This document shows, one piece after another, positions 8,567 through 18,329 of a stretch of DNA of 32,000 nt (position 1 is the stretch's first letter; each line of letters starts with the position of its first letter). This stretch comes from Candidatus Saccharimonadota bacterium. Lineage in GTDB: Bacteria; Pseudomonadota; Gammaproteobacteria; Enterobacterales; Enterobacteriaceae. The position numbers and the translations under genes are program-made. The stretch covers positions 390,001 to 422,000 of the forward strand of contig CP188087.1 in NCBI GenBank assembly GCA_049942775.1, written 5' to 3'. Below the pieces are notes generated by a model. That model made no database searches. It saw nothing but the letters and a program-made list of their open reading frames with translations, and was not told the origin of the DNA.

Positions 8567-11131
8567 ATGGATCTTATAAAAGAATCTTATCAACCAAAAA
8601 AAATAGAACAATTTGTTCAAAAATATTGGGAAAAAAATAATACTTTTAAAACTACCGAAAAAAAAAATAAAAAAAAATTCTATTGCTTAGTAATGTTACC
8701 TTATCCTTCTGGAAATTTACACATGGGACATGTTCGAAATTATACAATAGGAGATGTTATTGCTAGATATCAAAGAATGTTGGGAAAAAACGTATTACAT
8801 CCCATGGGATGGGATGCATTTGGATTACCTGCAGAAATTGCTGCAATTGAAAATAAAATACATCCAGAAGAATGGACAAAAAAAAATATCGAATACATGA
8901 AAGAACAATTAACTAAACTTGGTTATAGCTATGATTGGTCTAGAGAAATAAATACTTCAAAACCAGAATATTACAAATGGGAACAATGGTTATTTACTAT
9001 GTTGTATAAAAAAAAACTAACCTATAAAAAAAAATCAATTGTAAATTGGTGTCCAAACGATCAAACTGTATTAGCTAACGAACAAGTAATAAACAACAAA
9101 TGTTGGAGATGTAATACATTAATTGAAAAGAAAAAAATTTATCAATGGTTTCTTAAAATTACAAAATATGCAAATCAATTGTTTAATGATTTGTCATTGT
9201 TAAAAAAGTGGCCTGAAGAAGTAAAAAAAATGCAAAAAAACTGGATTGGAAAAAAAGAAATAATTGAAATTACTATTTCTTTATTCAATAGAAATGAAAA
9301 AATTAAAGTTTATGCAAAAAAACTAAATTCTATAGTAGAAGCTACTTATATAATTATTTCCAAAAACCATTGGATTGCAAAAACAATCAATAATAAAAAT
9401 AAAGAAAATCAAATTAACATTAGTAAAATTGATATAAATAAACATGCAATAAAAACAAAAGAATTAGCTATTCATCCTATCACAAAAAAAAAAATCCCAA
9501 TATGGATTGTTAATTTTTTAAAAGAAAATAAAAACAAAGAAATAAATGCTATAATTTGTAGTCCAAATAATTCTTTAGAAGAATTTAATTTTAAAAAAAA
9601 AAACTATATTACAATTATCCAATTAATACAAAATCATAAAAATAATTCTACTGTTTTAAATAAAAATAAATTATCTAATTTACAAGAATCAAAAAAATTA
9701 TCTTTTAAAAACAATCATTCAATAACACTCCAAGAACTAATTAAAAAAAAAATCATTCAAACAAAAACTATTTTTAAAATAAAAGATTGGGGAATTTCTA
9801 GACAAAGATATTGGGGGACTCCCATACCTATGTATAAAAATAAAAATGGTAAAATTTTTTCTATTCCTGAACAATATTTGCCAATCGTACTACCTAAAAT
9901 AAAAAATATAAATAAAAAAAATGAAAAAAAAATAATTTTTTCAGAAAAAAATAGACAATTTTTAATTAACGGAGAAAAAGTTCAAATAGAAAAAGACACT
10001 TTCGATACTTTTATAGAATCGTCTTGGTATTATGCTAGATATACTTCTCCTAACTTCAAAAAAGGGATGTTTGATTTACAAGCAGCACAATATTGGCTTC
10101 CAATAGATCAATATATTGGAGGAATTGAACATGCAACAATGCACTTAATTTATTTAAGATTTTTTCATAAATTATTAAGAGATATGGGATTAGTAAATTC
10201 TGATGAACCTGTAAAAAATTTATTATGTCAAGGAATGGTATTATCCAATGCTTTCTATTACATAAAAAAAGATGGAATAATAAAATGGATTCCAAAAGAA
10301 TCAATTATAATTAAAAAAGACAAAAATAAAAAAATAGAAAATTATTTTCTTGAAAATGGTCAAAAAATAATTAATGCAGGAATGACAAAAATGTCTAAAT
10401 CAAAAAAAAACGGAATAGATCCAAAAATTATGATAGAAAAATATGGAGCTGATACAATCAGATTATTTATTATGTTTGCTGCTCCTGTAGAAGCATCTCT
10501 AGAATGGAATGAATCTGGAGTAATAGGTTCATATAGATTTATAAAAAAATTATGGAAAATAGTTCAAAACTACAAAAATAAAAAAAATGATTGTATTGAT
10601 AACATTAGTGAAACTAAAAATAACAACTATCAAGAAAAAATAAAACAAAAAGTTAATTTAACAATAAAAAAAGTTACTTATGACATTCACGAAAGAAAAT
10701 CATTTAATACAGCTATTTCTAAAATGATGAAATTAGTGAATGAATTATCAAAATATAAAATAAAAAACCAAAAAGAAAAATCTGTATTTCATCAAATATT
10801 ATTATTAATAATTAAAATGATGTATCCTTTTATTCCACATGTTTGTTTTGTATTATGGCATTCGTTAACAGGAAAACATAATATTGACTACGCTTCTTGG
10901 CCAAAAAAAAAATTCTTTGAAATAAAAGAAACTATTAGTTTTAAAATAACAATAGTAATACAAATAAATAGTAAAATAAGAGATAAAATAAAAATAAAAA
11001 AAGAAAAAGTTTCTGAAGAAAAAATAATCTTTTTAGCAAAAAAATCTAAAAAGATAAAAAAATATTTAAAAGAAAAAAAAATAAAAAAAATCATTTATAT
11101 AAAAAATAAACTTTTAAATTTTGTAATTTAA
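8567..11131 (+). CDS. leuS: Leucine--tRNA ligase
   Basis: 854-aa ORF with the class I motifs HMGH (PYPSGNLHMGHVRNYT) and KMSKS (MTKMSKSKKNGIDP). Zinc-module cysteines are kept (WCPNDQ, KCWRC). It is colinear with E. coli LeuRS over its full length. An AAGGA Shine-Dalgarno lies at 8555-8559. Confidence 0.96.
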   Translation: MDLIKESYQPKKIEQFVQKYWEKNNTFKTTEKKNKKKFYCLVMLPYPSGNLHMGHVRNYTIGDVIARYQRMLGKNVLHPMGWDAFGLPAEIAAIENKIHPEEWTKKNIEYMKEQLTKLGYSYDWSREINTSKPEYYKWEQWLFTMLYKKKLTYKKKSIVNWCPNDQTVLANEQVINNKCWRCNTLIEKKKIYQWFLKITKYANQLFNDLSLLKKWPEEVKKMQKNWIGKKEIIEITISLFNRNEKIKVYAKKLNSIVEATYIIISKNHWIAKTINNKNKENQINISKIDINKHAIKTKELAIHPITKKKIPIWIVNFLKENKNKEINAIICSPNNSLEEFNFKKKNYITIIQLIQNHKNNSTVLNKNKLSNLQESKKLSFKNNHSITLQELIKKKIIQTKTIFKIKDWGISRQRYWGTPIPMYKNKNGKIFSIPEQYLPIVLPKIKNINKKNEKKIIFSEKNRQFLINGEKVQIEKDTFDTFIESSWYYARYTSPNFKKGMFDLQAAQYWLPIDQYIGGIEHATMHLIYLRFFHKLLRDMGLVNSDEPVKNLLCQGMVLSNAFYYIKKDGIIKWIPKESIIIKKDKNKKIENYFLENGQKIINAGMTKMSKSKKNGIDPKIMIEKYGADTIRLFIMFAAPVEASLEWNESGVIGSYRFIKKLWKIVQNYKNKKNDCIDNISETKNNNYQEKIKQKVNLTIKKVTYDIHERKSFNTAISKMMKLVNELSKYKIKNQKEKSVFHQILLLIIKMMYPFIPHVCFVLWHSLTGKHNIDYASWPKKKFFEIKETISFKITIVIQINSKIRDKIKIKKEKVSEEKIIFLAKKSKKIKKYLKEKKIKKIIYIKNKLLNFVI

Positions 11132-11171
11132 AAAAAAAATATGTTATTATTTTTTTAAAAAATAAAAAATA

Positions 11172-12131
11172 ATGACTACTACTACTTATCCTCAAAATAT
11201 TTTAAAAAAATTTAATAAAACTATATTTTCTTTTTATATTATTCAAGGAAACGAAATAATATTAATTCAAGAATCTATTCAAAAGATATGCAAAATAACA
11301 AAAAAAAAAAGAACTGAAAGAATCGAAGTTAACATCAAAAATGAAAATAATTGGAAAAAATTGTTTCATTTGTATTCAAAAAATGATATTTTTACTTCAA
11401 AAAAAATATTTATAATACATTTGTCAAACAAAAACGAAAATAAAATTAAAGAAATAGAATTAATCAATCATTTATTTTATATAACTTTAAAAAAACAAAA
11501 TCCATTAATAATACATTTTGAAAATAGTAATTATTTTAAAAAAATACAAAAAAAAATAAATTACTTTGGTTTAAAAGGATTAATTATAATCTGTAATATT
11601 AATAATTTTTTATTAGAAAAATGGTTGAAGAATAGAATAATAGAACTAAACCTAAAAATAGATGACAAGGCTAAAAAACTCCTGCTAAATTTTTATGAAG
11701 GAAATGTATTTTTTTTATCAAATATAATAAAAATATTGTTTTTAACTAATTCAAACAAATTAATTAATAAAAAAATTGCATTATCGATAATAAATGATGA
11801 AGGAATATTCAACGCTTATCAGTGGTGTTTATCAGTTTTATCAAACAATAAAAAAAAATCAATTAGAATTTTAAATAAATTTGAACAAAATAATTATCAA
11901 CCAATAATTTTAATACGAATATTTCAAAAATATTTATTTAATATGATTGAAAATTATGATCTAAAAAATAAAGAAATATATTATTTCTGTAAAATAACAA
12001 AAAAAAAAATTAATCATAAAAAATATTATAAAATAGTTAGAAAACTTACAAAATTAGAAATAAATTGTAAGAAAAACGAAAAAAAATTAATTTGGATAGA
12101 TTTTAAAAATCTATCATTATCTTTTTCATAA
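11172..12131 (+). CDS. holA: DNA polymerase III delta subunit
   Basis: 319-aa ORF that is highly diverged but alignable to E. coli HolA (YPQNILKKF..YIIQGNEIILIQES versus YPEQLRAQL..YLLLGNDPLLLQES; YEGNVFFLSNII versus YEGNLLALAQAL). Its position downstream of leuS matches the ancestral leuS-lptE-holA order, minus lptE. Confidence 0.8.
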   Translation: MTTTTYPQNILKKFNKTIFSFYIIQGNEIILIQESIQKICKITKKKRTERIEVNIKNENNWKKLFHLYSKNDIFTSKKIFIIHLSNKNENKIKEIELINHLFYITLKKQNPLIIHFENSNYFKKIQKKINYFGLKGLIIICNINNFLLEKWLKNRIIELNLKIDDKAKKLLLNFYEGNVFFLSNIIKILFLTNSNKLINKKIALSIINDEGIFNAYQWCLSVLSNNKKKSIRILNKFEQNNYQPIILIRIFQKYLFNMIENYDLKNKEIYYFCKITKKKINHKKYYKIVRKLTKLEINCKKNEKKLIWIDFKNLSLSFS

Positions 12132-12228
12132 TTTTAATTTTTAAAATTTATTTCTATCTTTAAGAAAGAAATAAATAAATAAAAAATTAAAATTAATATA
12201 TATTTTTTCATGTCATAAATTCTAAAAA

Positions 12229-12489
12229 ATGAAAACTAATAAAAATAAAAATAACAAAAATATTCAAACTTTAAATATTATAGGTATGAGATGTCCTGAT
12301 CCGATTCTAATCATTAGAAAAACACTAAAAAAAATGAAAAGAAAAAAGATACTTCTAGTAATTGCAGACGACATTAGTACAAAATATGAAATTCCTATAT
12401 TTTGTCATTTTATGAAACATAAATTATTAAAAAAAAATGTAAATAAAATCCCTTATACATATTTAATACAACATAAAAAAAACAATTAA
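12229..12489 (+). CDS. tusA: Sulfur carrier protein TusA (SirA/YhhP)
   Basis: 86-aa ORF with the active-site Cys motif (LNIIGMRCPDPILIIRKT versus E. coli LDALGLRCPEPVMMVRKT), plus IADD...IPIFCHFM and PYTYLI. Confidence 0.88.
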   Translation: MKTNKNKNNKNIQTLNIIGMRCPDPILIIRKTLKKMKRKKILLVIADDISTKYEIPIFCHFMKHKLLKKNVNKIPYTYLIQHKKNN

Positions 12490-13616
12490 CAATATAAAAG
12501 TATTATTCTTAAAATTCTTCTTAAAGGTTCAGCAGCACCCCATAATAATTGATCTCCAACACTAAATGCAGATAAATATTTTGAACCAATATTCATTTTT
12601 CTGATTCTACCAATTGGAATATCTAAGCTTCCAGTAACTGAACAAGGAGTTAATTTTTTTGATGTATCTTCTGGATTATTAGGAATAATTTTTACCCAAG
12701 AATTATGATTACTTAGAATGTTTTCAATATCTGATAAAGAAATATTTTTATTTAATTTAATCGTAAAAAATTGACTATGACAACGAAATGAACCAACACG
12801 AACACAGATCCCATCAATTTTAATAGTATTTAATTCACTTATACCCAAAATTTTATTAGTTTCAAATTGACCTTTCCATTCTTCTTTACTTTGACCATTT
12901 TTTCTTATTTTTGAATCTATCCAAGGTATTAAGTTAGCTGCTAATGGAACTTTAAAATTACTTTTAGGAAAATTTAAATCATTACTAGAATTAGAAATTA
13001 AACGTTCAATTTTTAAAATAGAATAATTTTTGCTTTCTAATTTACTTCTTACAGAATTATATAAATAACCCATTTGAAATAATAATTCCATCATATGTTT
13101 AGATCCTGCTCCTGATGCAGCCTGATAAGTAGAAACTGAAATCCACTCAATCATTTTTTTTTTAAATAATCCTCCTAAAGCCATTAACATTAAACTAACA
13201 GTACAATTACCTCCTACAAAAGTTTTAATTCCTTTTTCTAAAGAGACATCGATTATATCTTTGTTGACTGGATCTAATACAATAATTGATCTTATATCAT
13301 CTCTTAATGAAGATGCTGCATCAATCCAATATCCGTTCCATTTTTTTTTAATAAGCTTGGAATAAACAATACTACTATAGTCTGATCCTTGACAAGTTAA
13401 AATAATATCTAAATCCATCAATAATTTAATATCGTAAGCATTCTGCAATTTATTAAAATATAAATTTTTAACTAACGGAGCATCTTTACCAAACTGAGAA
13501 GTAGAAAAAAAAATGGTTCTAAAATTACTAAAATCATCTTCTTGAATCATTCTCGATACTAATACGGATCCAACCATTCCTCTCCAACCTATTATTCCTA
13601 CTATTTTTTTTTTCAT
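12486..13616 (-). CDS. asd: Aspartate-semialdehyde dehydrogenase
   Basis: 376-aa ORF with an N-terminal Rossmann motif (GIIGWRGMVGSVL), the catalytic Cys context GGNCTVSLMLMAL, and QAASGAG. A GGAGA Shine-Dalgarno lies upstream of the ATG on the minus strand. Confidence 0.95.
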   Translation of the reverse strand: MKKKIVGIIGWRGMVGSVLVSRMIQEDDFSNFRTIFFSTSQFGKDAPLVKNLYFNKLQNAYDIKLLMDLDIILTCQGSDYSSIVYSKLIKKKWNGYWIDAASSLRDDIRSIIVLDPVNKDIIDVSLEKGIKTFVGGNCTVSLMLMALGGLFKKKMIEWISVSTYQAASGAGSKHMMELLFQMGYLYNSVRSKLESKNYSILKIERLISNSSNDLNFPKSNFKVPLAANLIPWIDSKIRKNGQSKEEWKGQFETNKILGISELNTIKIDGICVRVGSFRCHSQFFTIKLNKNISLSDIENILSNHNSWVKIIPNNPEDTSKKLTPCSVTGSLDIPIGRIRKMNIGSKYLSAFSVGDQLLWGAAEPLRRILRIILLYC

Positions 13617-13924
13617 TTCAAATTCTCCAATTAAATAAAAAAAATTTTATTTAAAAATTAAAAAAAAAATATTTAATTAAAAATTAAATATTTTTTTAAA
13701 CATAAAAAGTATGTTTTGTAAAATTTTAAAAATAATTTTTTCTATTAGTTTTATTTAAAATTAATATTTATTATTCAATTATTTATTACTATATATTATA
13801 TATACATCATGTATTATAATAATTAATTATAAAAAATAAAAAAAACAACATTTATTTATTTTATAAAATTTTAATCAAAAATTTCACATCTAGAAAATAA
13901 CATAATAGTCATCAAGGTTAAACC

Positions 13925-14518
13925 ATGAAAAACATGATCTCTACTACCATATTACTAGTATTAATTATGGATCCGTTGGGAAATTTACCAATTTTTATGT
14001 CAATTTTAAAAAATTTTGAACCAAAAAGAAGAAAATTTCTATTGTTAAGAGAAATGATAATTGCTTTTCTTATTATGTTAACATTTCTATTTGCTGGAGA
14101 AAAAATATTAAATATATTAAATTTAAGAACAGAAACAGTATCCATATCTGGTGGAATAATTTTATTTCTAATAGCAATTAAAATGATCTTTCCGTACGAA
14201 GACAACACAGATAATACATCAATTAATTTTGATGAACCGTTCTTAGTACCATTAGCAATTCCTCTAGTTGCTGGACCCTCATTGTTAGCTACTCTTATTG
14301 TATTATCCCATCAATATCCATTTCAATTATTTTATTTAACAATTTCTCTTTTCATAGCTTGGTTTATTACATTTCTAATATTGCTTTCTTCTAGTTTTTT
14401 TTTACATTTGTTTGGAAAAAAAGGAGTAGATGCATTAGAAAGATTAATGGGTTTAATTTTAATTATGTTATCAACTCAAATGTTTTTAGAAGGAATACAT
14501 AATTGGTTTAAAAGTTAA
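13925..14518 (+). CDS. yhgN: MarC-family (UPF0056) inner membrane protein YhgN
   Basis: 197-aa hydrophobic ORF that is near-identical in blocks to E. coli YhgN (LILIMDPLGNLPIFMS, FLFAGEKIL, ETVSISGGIILFLIAIKMIFP). Confidence 0.9.
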   Translation: MKNMISTTILLVLIMDPLGNLPIFMSILKNFEPKRRKFLLLREMIIAFLIMLTFLFAGEKILNILNLRTETVSISGGIILFLIAIKMIFPYEDNTDNTSINFDEPFLVPLAIPLVAGPSLLATLIVLSHQYPFQLFYLTISLFIAWFITFLILLSSSFFLHLFGKKGVDALERLMGLILIMLSTQMFLEGIHNWFKS

Positions 14519-14702
14519 AAACTTCTATTTAAAAAAAATATCGTTTAATATAAAAAATAAATTTTTTAATTTAATAAATTAATTAACTTATATTAATTTA
14601 AAATTTTTTTGTTTTTTAAAAACTTAATTTTTAACTTTTATATAAATAGTGGTAGTATCAATCTAAAAATTAAAATTCATAAAAAACAATTTAGGAAAAA
14701 AA

Positions 14703-15878
14703 ATGAAAAAAATAAATAATATGGAACTTAATGGAAAAAAAATATTAATTAGATGCGATTTAAATGTTCCTATGAAAAATAACAAAATATCTTCATATTC
14801 TAGAATTATTGCATCTTTACCTACTATTAAATTTGCATTAGATAAAAAAGCAAAAATTATTATCATGTCTCATTTAGGACGTCCAAAAGAAGGTATATTC
14901 GAAAAAAAATATTCTTTATATCCAGTTTACTTATATTTAAAAAAAATTTTTCCAAAAATTAAAGTGAGTTTTTGTAGCACATATTTAACAAAAAAAATAG
15001 AGTTCAATGCAGAATTAACTATTTTAGAAAATGTTAGATTTAATGTTGGAGAAAAAAATAACAATGAAAAATTGGCAAAAAAATATGCCAATCTTTGTGA
15101 TTTATTTGTTATGGACGCATTTGGAACAGTACATAGAAAACATTCTTCTACATATAATGTAATAAAATTTTCAAAACAATCCTGTGCAGGATTTTTATTA
15201 ATAAAAGAAATAAATGCTTTAAAAAACATTCTAAACAAACCAAAAAGACCAATGATTGCCATAATTGGTGGTGCTAAAATATCTACTAAATTTAATGTTT
15301 TAAATGCTTTAGGTAAAATTACTGATAACATTATTGTAGGAGGTGGAATAGCTAATACGTTCATAGCAATTGAAAATAATATAGGAAGATCTTTGTGTGA
15401 AAAAAAATTCATAAAATCTGCACAAAAAATGAAAAGTGAATTCAATATAACTATTCCAGTAGATTCTCATGTTGCTATTGAATTTAACAAAAATTCTCCA
15501 TCTAGAATAACAGATATCAACAAAATTAAAGAAAATGAAGAAATTATGGATTTTGGAGAAAAAACAATAAAAAAAATGAAAAAAATAATACAAAAAGCAA
15601 AAACTATTCTATGGAACGGTCCAGTAGGAGTATTTGAATTTCCTAAATTTAGAACTGGAACAGAAATCTTAGCTAAAACTATTGCAAACGCTAAATCTTT
15701 TTCCGTTGCTGGAGGAGGAGATACATTATCTGTAATTGAGATGTTTAATATAGAAAAAAAAATTTCATATATTTCTACTGGAGGAGGAGCTTTTCTAAAA
15801 TTTATAGAAGGGAAAAAACTACCTGTCATTGAGATATTGAAAAATAAATCTTATAACAAACATAAGAAAACTGAATAA
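14703..15878 (+). CDS. pgk: Phosphoglycerate kinase
   Basis: 391-aa ORF with Pgk signatures (IRCDLNVP, SHLGRPKEG, DAFGTVHR, GGAKISTK, WNGPVGVFEF, GGGDT, STGGGAFLKFIEGKKLP). An AGGA Shine-Dalgarno lies upstream. Confidence 0.96.
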   Translation: MKKINNMELNGKKILIRCDLNVPMKNNKISSYSRIIASLPTIKFALDKKAKIIIMSHLGRPKEGIFEKKYSLYPVYLYLKKIFPKIKVSFCSTYLTKKIEFNAELTILENVRFNVGEKNNNEKLAKKYANLCDLFVMDAFGTVHRKHSSTYNVIKFSKQSCAGFLLIKEINALKNILNKPKRPMIAIIGGAKISTKFNVLNALGKITDNIIVGGGIANTFIAIENNIGRSLCEKKFIKSAQKMKSEFNITIPVDSHVAIEFNKNSPSRITDINKIKENEEIMDFGEKTIKKMKKIIQKAKTILWNGPVGVFEFPKFRTGTEILAKTIANAKSFSVAGGGDTLSVIEMFNIEKKISYISTGGGAFLKFIEGKKLPVIEILKNKSYNKHKKTE

Positions 15879-15936
15879 TAAATTATTTTTTGTATACAAC
15901 GTCATAGTTGAATTTGAGTTAACAACAGGAAAAAAA

Positions 15937-17043
15937 ATGTCTCGAATTATTGATTTTATTAAACCTGGAGTTTTATCTGGGATAGAAGCATCTAATTTGT
16001 TTGAATTCGCTAAAAAACATCAATTTGCTTTACCGGCTGTTAACTGTATAGGAAATGATTCTATAAACACTGTTTTAGAAACAGCATCTATGATGAGATC
16101 TCCAGTAGTTATTCAATTTTCTTATGGAGGCTCTATTTTTATGGCTGGTAAAGGATTATTAAAAAATACAAAAAACAAAGAAGCAGATGTAGCTGTTTTA
16201 GGTTCTGTGTCTGGTGCACAACACGTACATCTATTAGCAAAGCATTATAAAGTTCCCGTTATTTTGCATACTGACCACTGCCATAAAGAAACATTGCCTT
16301 GGATTGATGGATTATTAAAAAAAGGAAAATTATTTTTTAAAAAAACAGGAAAACCTCTATTTACTTCTCATATGATTGATTTATCTAAAGAAAAAATTAA
16401 AAAAAATATACGAATATGCGAGAAATATTTTTTAAAAATGAAAAAAATTAATATGATGCTTGAAGTAGAACTAGGATGTACTGGAGGAGAAGAAGATGGA
16501 GTAGATAATTCTTCGTTAAATATTGAATCTTTATATACAAAACCAGAAGAAGTAAATTACGCATATGAAAAATTAAAATCAATTAGTTCTAATTTTACTA
16601 TTGCTGCATCATTTGGAAACGTGCATGGAGTATATAAGGTAGGTAATGTACAATTAACCCCAATAATTTTAAAAAAATCTCAAAATTTAGTTAAAAATAA
16701 ACATCAATTACCATCATTAAAACCATTAAATTTCGTATTTCATGGAGGTTCTGGATCTACGACTCAAGAAATAAAAAAATCAATTCATTATGGAATAGTT
16801 AAAATGAATTTAGATACTGATATGCAATGGGCTACTTGGGAAGGAGTTTTACAATTTTATAAAAAAAATAAAAAATTTTTGCAAAGTCAACTAGGAAATC
16901 CAATTGGTTCAGATCTTCCTAATAAAAAATATTATGATCCTAGATCCTGGATTAGATCATCTCAACATTCAATGTCATTTCGTTTAAAAAAAGCTTTCTA
17001 CACTCTTAATGCTTATAACATTTTAAACAAAAAAAATAATTAA
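15937..17043 (+). CDS. fbaA: Fructose-bisphosphate aldolase, class II
   Basis: 368-aa ORF that is very close to E. coli FbaA (FALPAVNC, VILHTDHC, ELGCTGGEEDGVDN, AASFGNVHGVYK, FVFHGGSGS, KMNLDTDMQWATWEG). The pgk-fbaA-mscS order matches E. coli. Confidence 0.97.
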   Translation: MSRIIDFIKPGVLSGIEASNLFEFAKKHQFALPAVNCIGNDSINTVLETASMMRSPVVIQFSYGGSIFMAGKGLLKNTKNKEADVAVLGSVSGAQHVHLLAKHYKVPVILHTDHCHKETLPWIDGLLKKGKLFFKKTGKPLFTSHMIDLSKEKIKKNIRICEKYFLKMKKINMMLEVELGCTGGEEDGVDNSSLNIESLYTKPEEVNYAYEKLKSISSNFTIAASFGNVHGVYKVGNVQLTPIILKKSQNLVKNKHQLPSLKPLNFVFHGGSGSTTQEIKKSIHYGIVKMNLDTDMQWATWEGVLQFYKKNKKFLQSQLGNPIGSDLPNKKYYDPRSWIRSSQHSMSFRLKKAFYTLNAYNILNKKNN

Positions 17044-17052
17044 AAAGTAACC

Positions 17053-17089
17053 ACGGGGAATACTTTAATTTACATATTCTCCGTTTTTT
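17053..17089 (+). terminator. Rho-independent terminator downstream of fbaA
   Basis: A 10-bp stem pairs ACGGGGAATA (17053-17062) with TATTCTCCGT (17075-17084), including one G-U pair. It has a 12-nt loop and runs into a T6 tract (17084-17089), starting 10 nt after the fbaA stop. This is one of the few GC-containing hairpins in the window. Confidence 0.6.
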
Positions 17090-17383
17090 ACTATTAATAA
17101 ATTTTAAATTTATATTTTTTATTCAAAAGAATAAAATAATATCAACTATTAATATTTAAATTCTTTATAAAAATTAAGTATTTTTTATTTATTTGAAATT
17201 TATTTAATAAAAAAATTTCTTTCATCATAGCCCTATCTGTTGATGAAAATAGATACAAAAATAAAAAATGTTTTTTTTGTTATAGTTTTCTAAAAAATTA
17301 ATTAAAAATTAAATCATAAAATTTTTTAATTTATAGATATATTATTTTTTAGTAAAATAAAATACTTCGATAGAAAAATAAAA

Positions 17384-18220
17384 ATGACAGAAATTAATAT
17401 AATTAACAAAATTTTCAATTTTGGACACTTGGTTCTTCTAAAACAAGAACTAATGTTGTGTTATTTAATAAACTTTAGTTCTACCATTTTTGAAATAATA
17501 GTAGGAATTATTATAGCAAAAATAATTACGAAAGTAATAAATAGCTTGCTTGTTATTAATAATATAAATCCTGATATAGCAATATCTTTTACAATAATAG
17601 CTAAATATATAATTATTATATTCACAATTGTTTCATCTTTAGCAAAAATAGGAATAGATATAACATCTACTATTACTATAGTAGGAGCTATAGGAATAGC
17701 AATTGGATTAGCTGTTCAAGGTTCTTTATCAAACTTTGCATCGGGAATACTATTAATAACTTTACAACCCTTTAAAATCGGAGAATATGTAGATTTAGGA
17801 AACATTGCAGGAACTATAATTAATATACATTTTTTTTATACTACTCTTAGAACATTAGATGGAAAAACAGTAATAATTCCTAATGGAAAAATTATATCTA
17901 AAAATATAATTAATTATTCAAGAGAAAGATTTAGAAGAAACGAATTTATTATTAATGTAGGATATGATTCAGATATAGATATGGTTATTAAAATATTAAA
18001 AAAAACAATAGAATCCGAAGAAAGAGTTATACAAGACCTAGGAATAGTCATCGGTTTAAGCGAACTAACTCCATCTTCTCTGAAATTTATTGTTAGATGT
18101 TGGAGCGACACAGATGATTTAAATATTGTTTACTGGGACTTAATGGCAAAATTTAAAAAACAATTAGACAAAAATTTAATTAGTATTCCCTATCCAAAAA
18201 TTCAAATTGAAATCAAATAA
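17384..18220 (+). CDS. mscS: Small-conductance mechanosensitive channel
   Basis: 278-aa ORF colinear with E. coli MscS/YggB (GSLSNFASGILLITLQPFKIGEYVDLG, DGKTVIIPNGKIIS, NIINYSRE..RRNEFII, YDSDID, ISIPYP). Confidence 0.93.
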   Translation: MTEINIINKIFNFGHLVLLKQELMLCYLINFSSTIFEIIVGIIIAKIITKVINSLLVINNINPDIAISFTIIAKYIIIIFTIVSSLAKIGIDITSTITIVGAIGIAIGLAVQGSLSNFASGILLITLQPFKIGEYVDLGNIAGTIINIHFFYTTLRTLDGKTVIIPNGKIISKNIINYSRERFRRNEFIINVGYDSDIDMVIKILKKTIESEERVIQDLGIVIGLSELTPSSLKFIVRCWSDTDDLNIVYWDLMAKFKKQLDKNLISIPYPKIQIEIK

Positions 18221-18329
18221 TGATTTGTTGATCACTAATTATTTTAAAATAAATTATCAATTTATAAATTTCTAATAAAAAATACTAAAAAAATTATTTA
18301 ATTCTTTTCAAATAAAGGAAATTTAAAAA

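Noticed and set aside
12140-12175. Imperfect AT-rich inverted repeat (TTTATTTCT ... AGAAATAAA) after holA, considered as a terminator
   Set aside because: The stem is almost entirely A-T, the loop is about 11 nt, and no T-run follows. It cannot be distinguished from chance dyads in A/T sequence.
14663-15829. Four antisense ORFs opposite pgk (67, 172, 94 and 120 aa), together covering almost the whole gene
   Set aside because: They are Phe/Ile/Leu-rich low-complexity translations, as expected from the complement of Lys/Asn/Ile-rich codons. They show no recognisable motifs, whereas the sense strand encodes an unambiguous Pgk. They say nothing about antisense RNA, only that they are unlikely to be coding.
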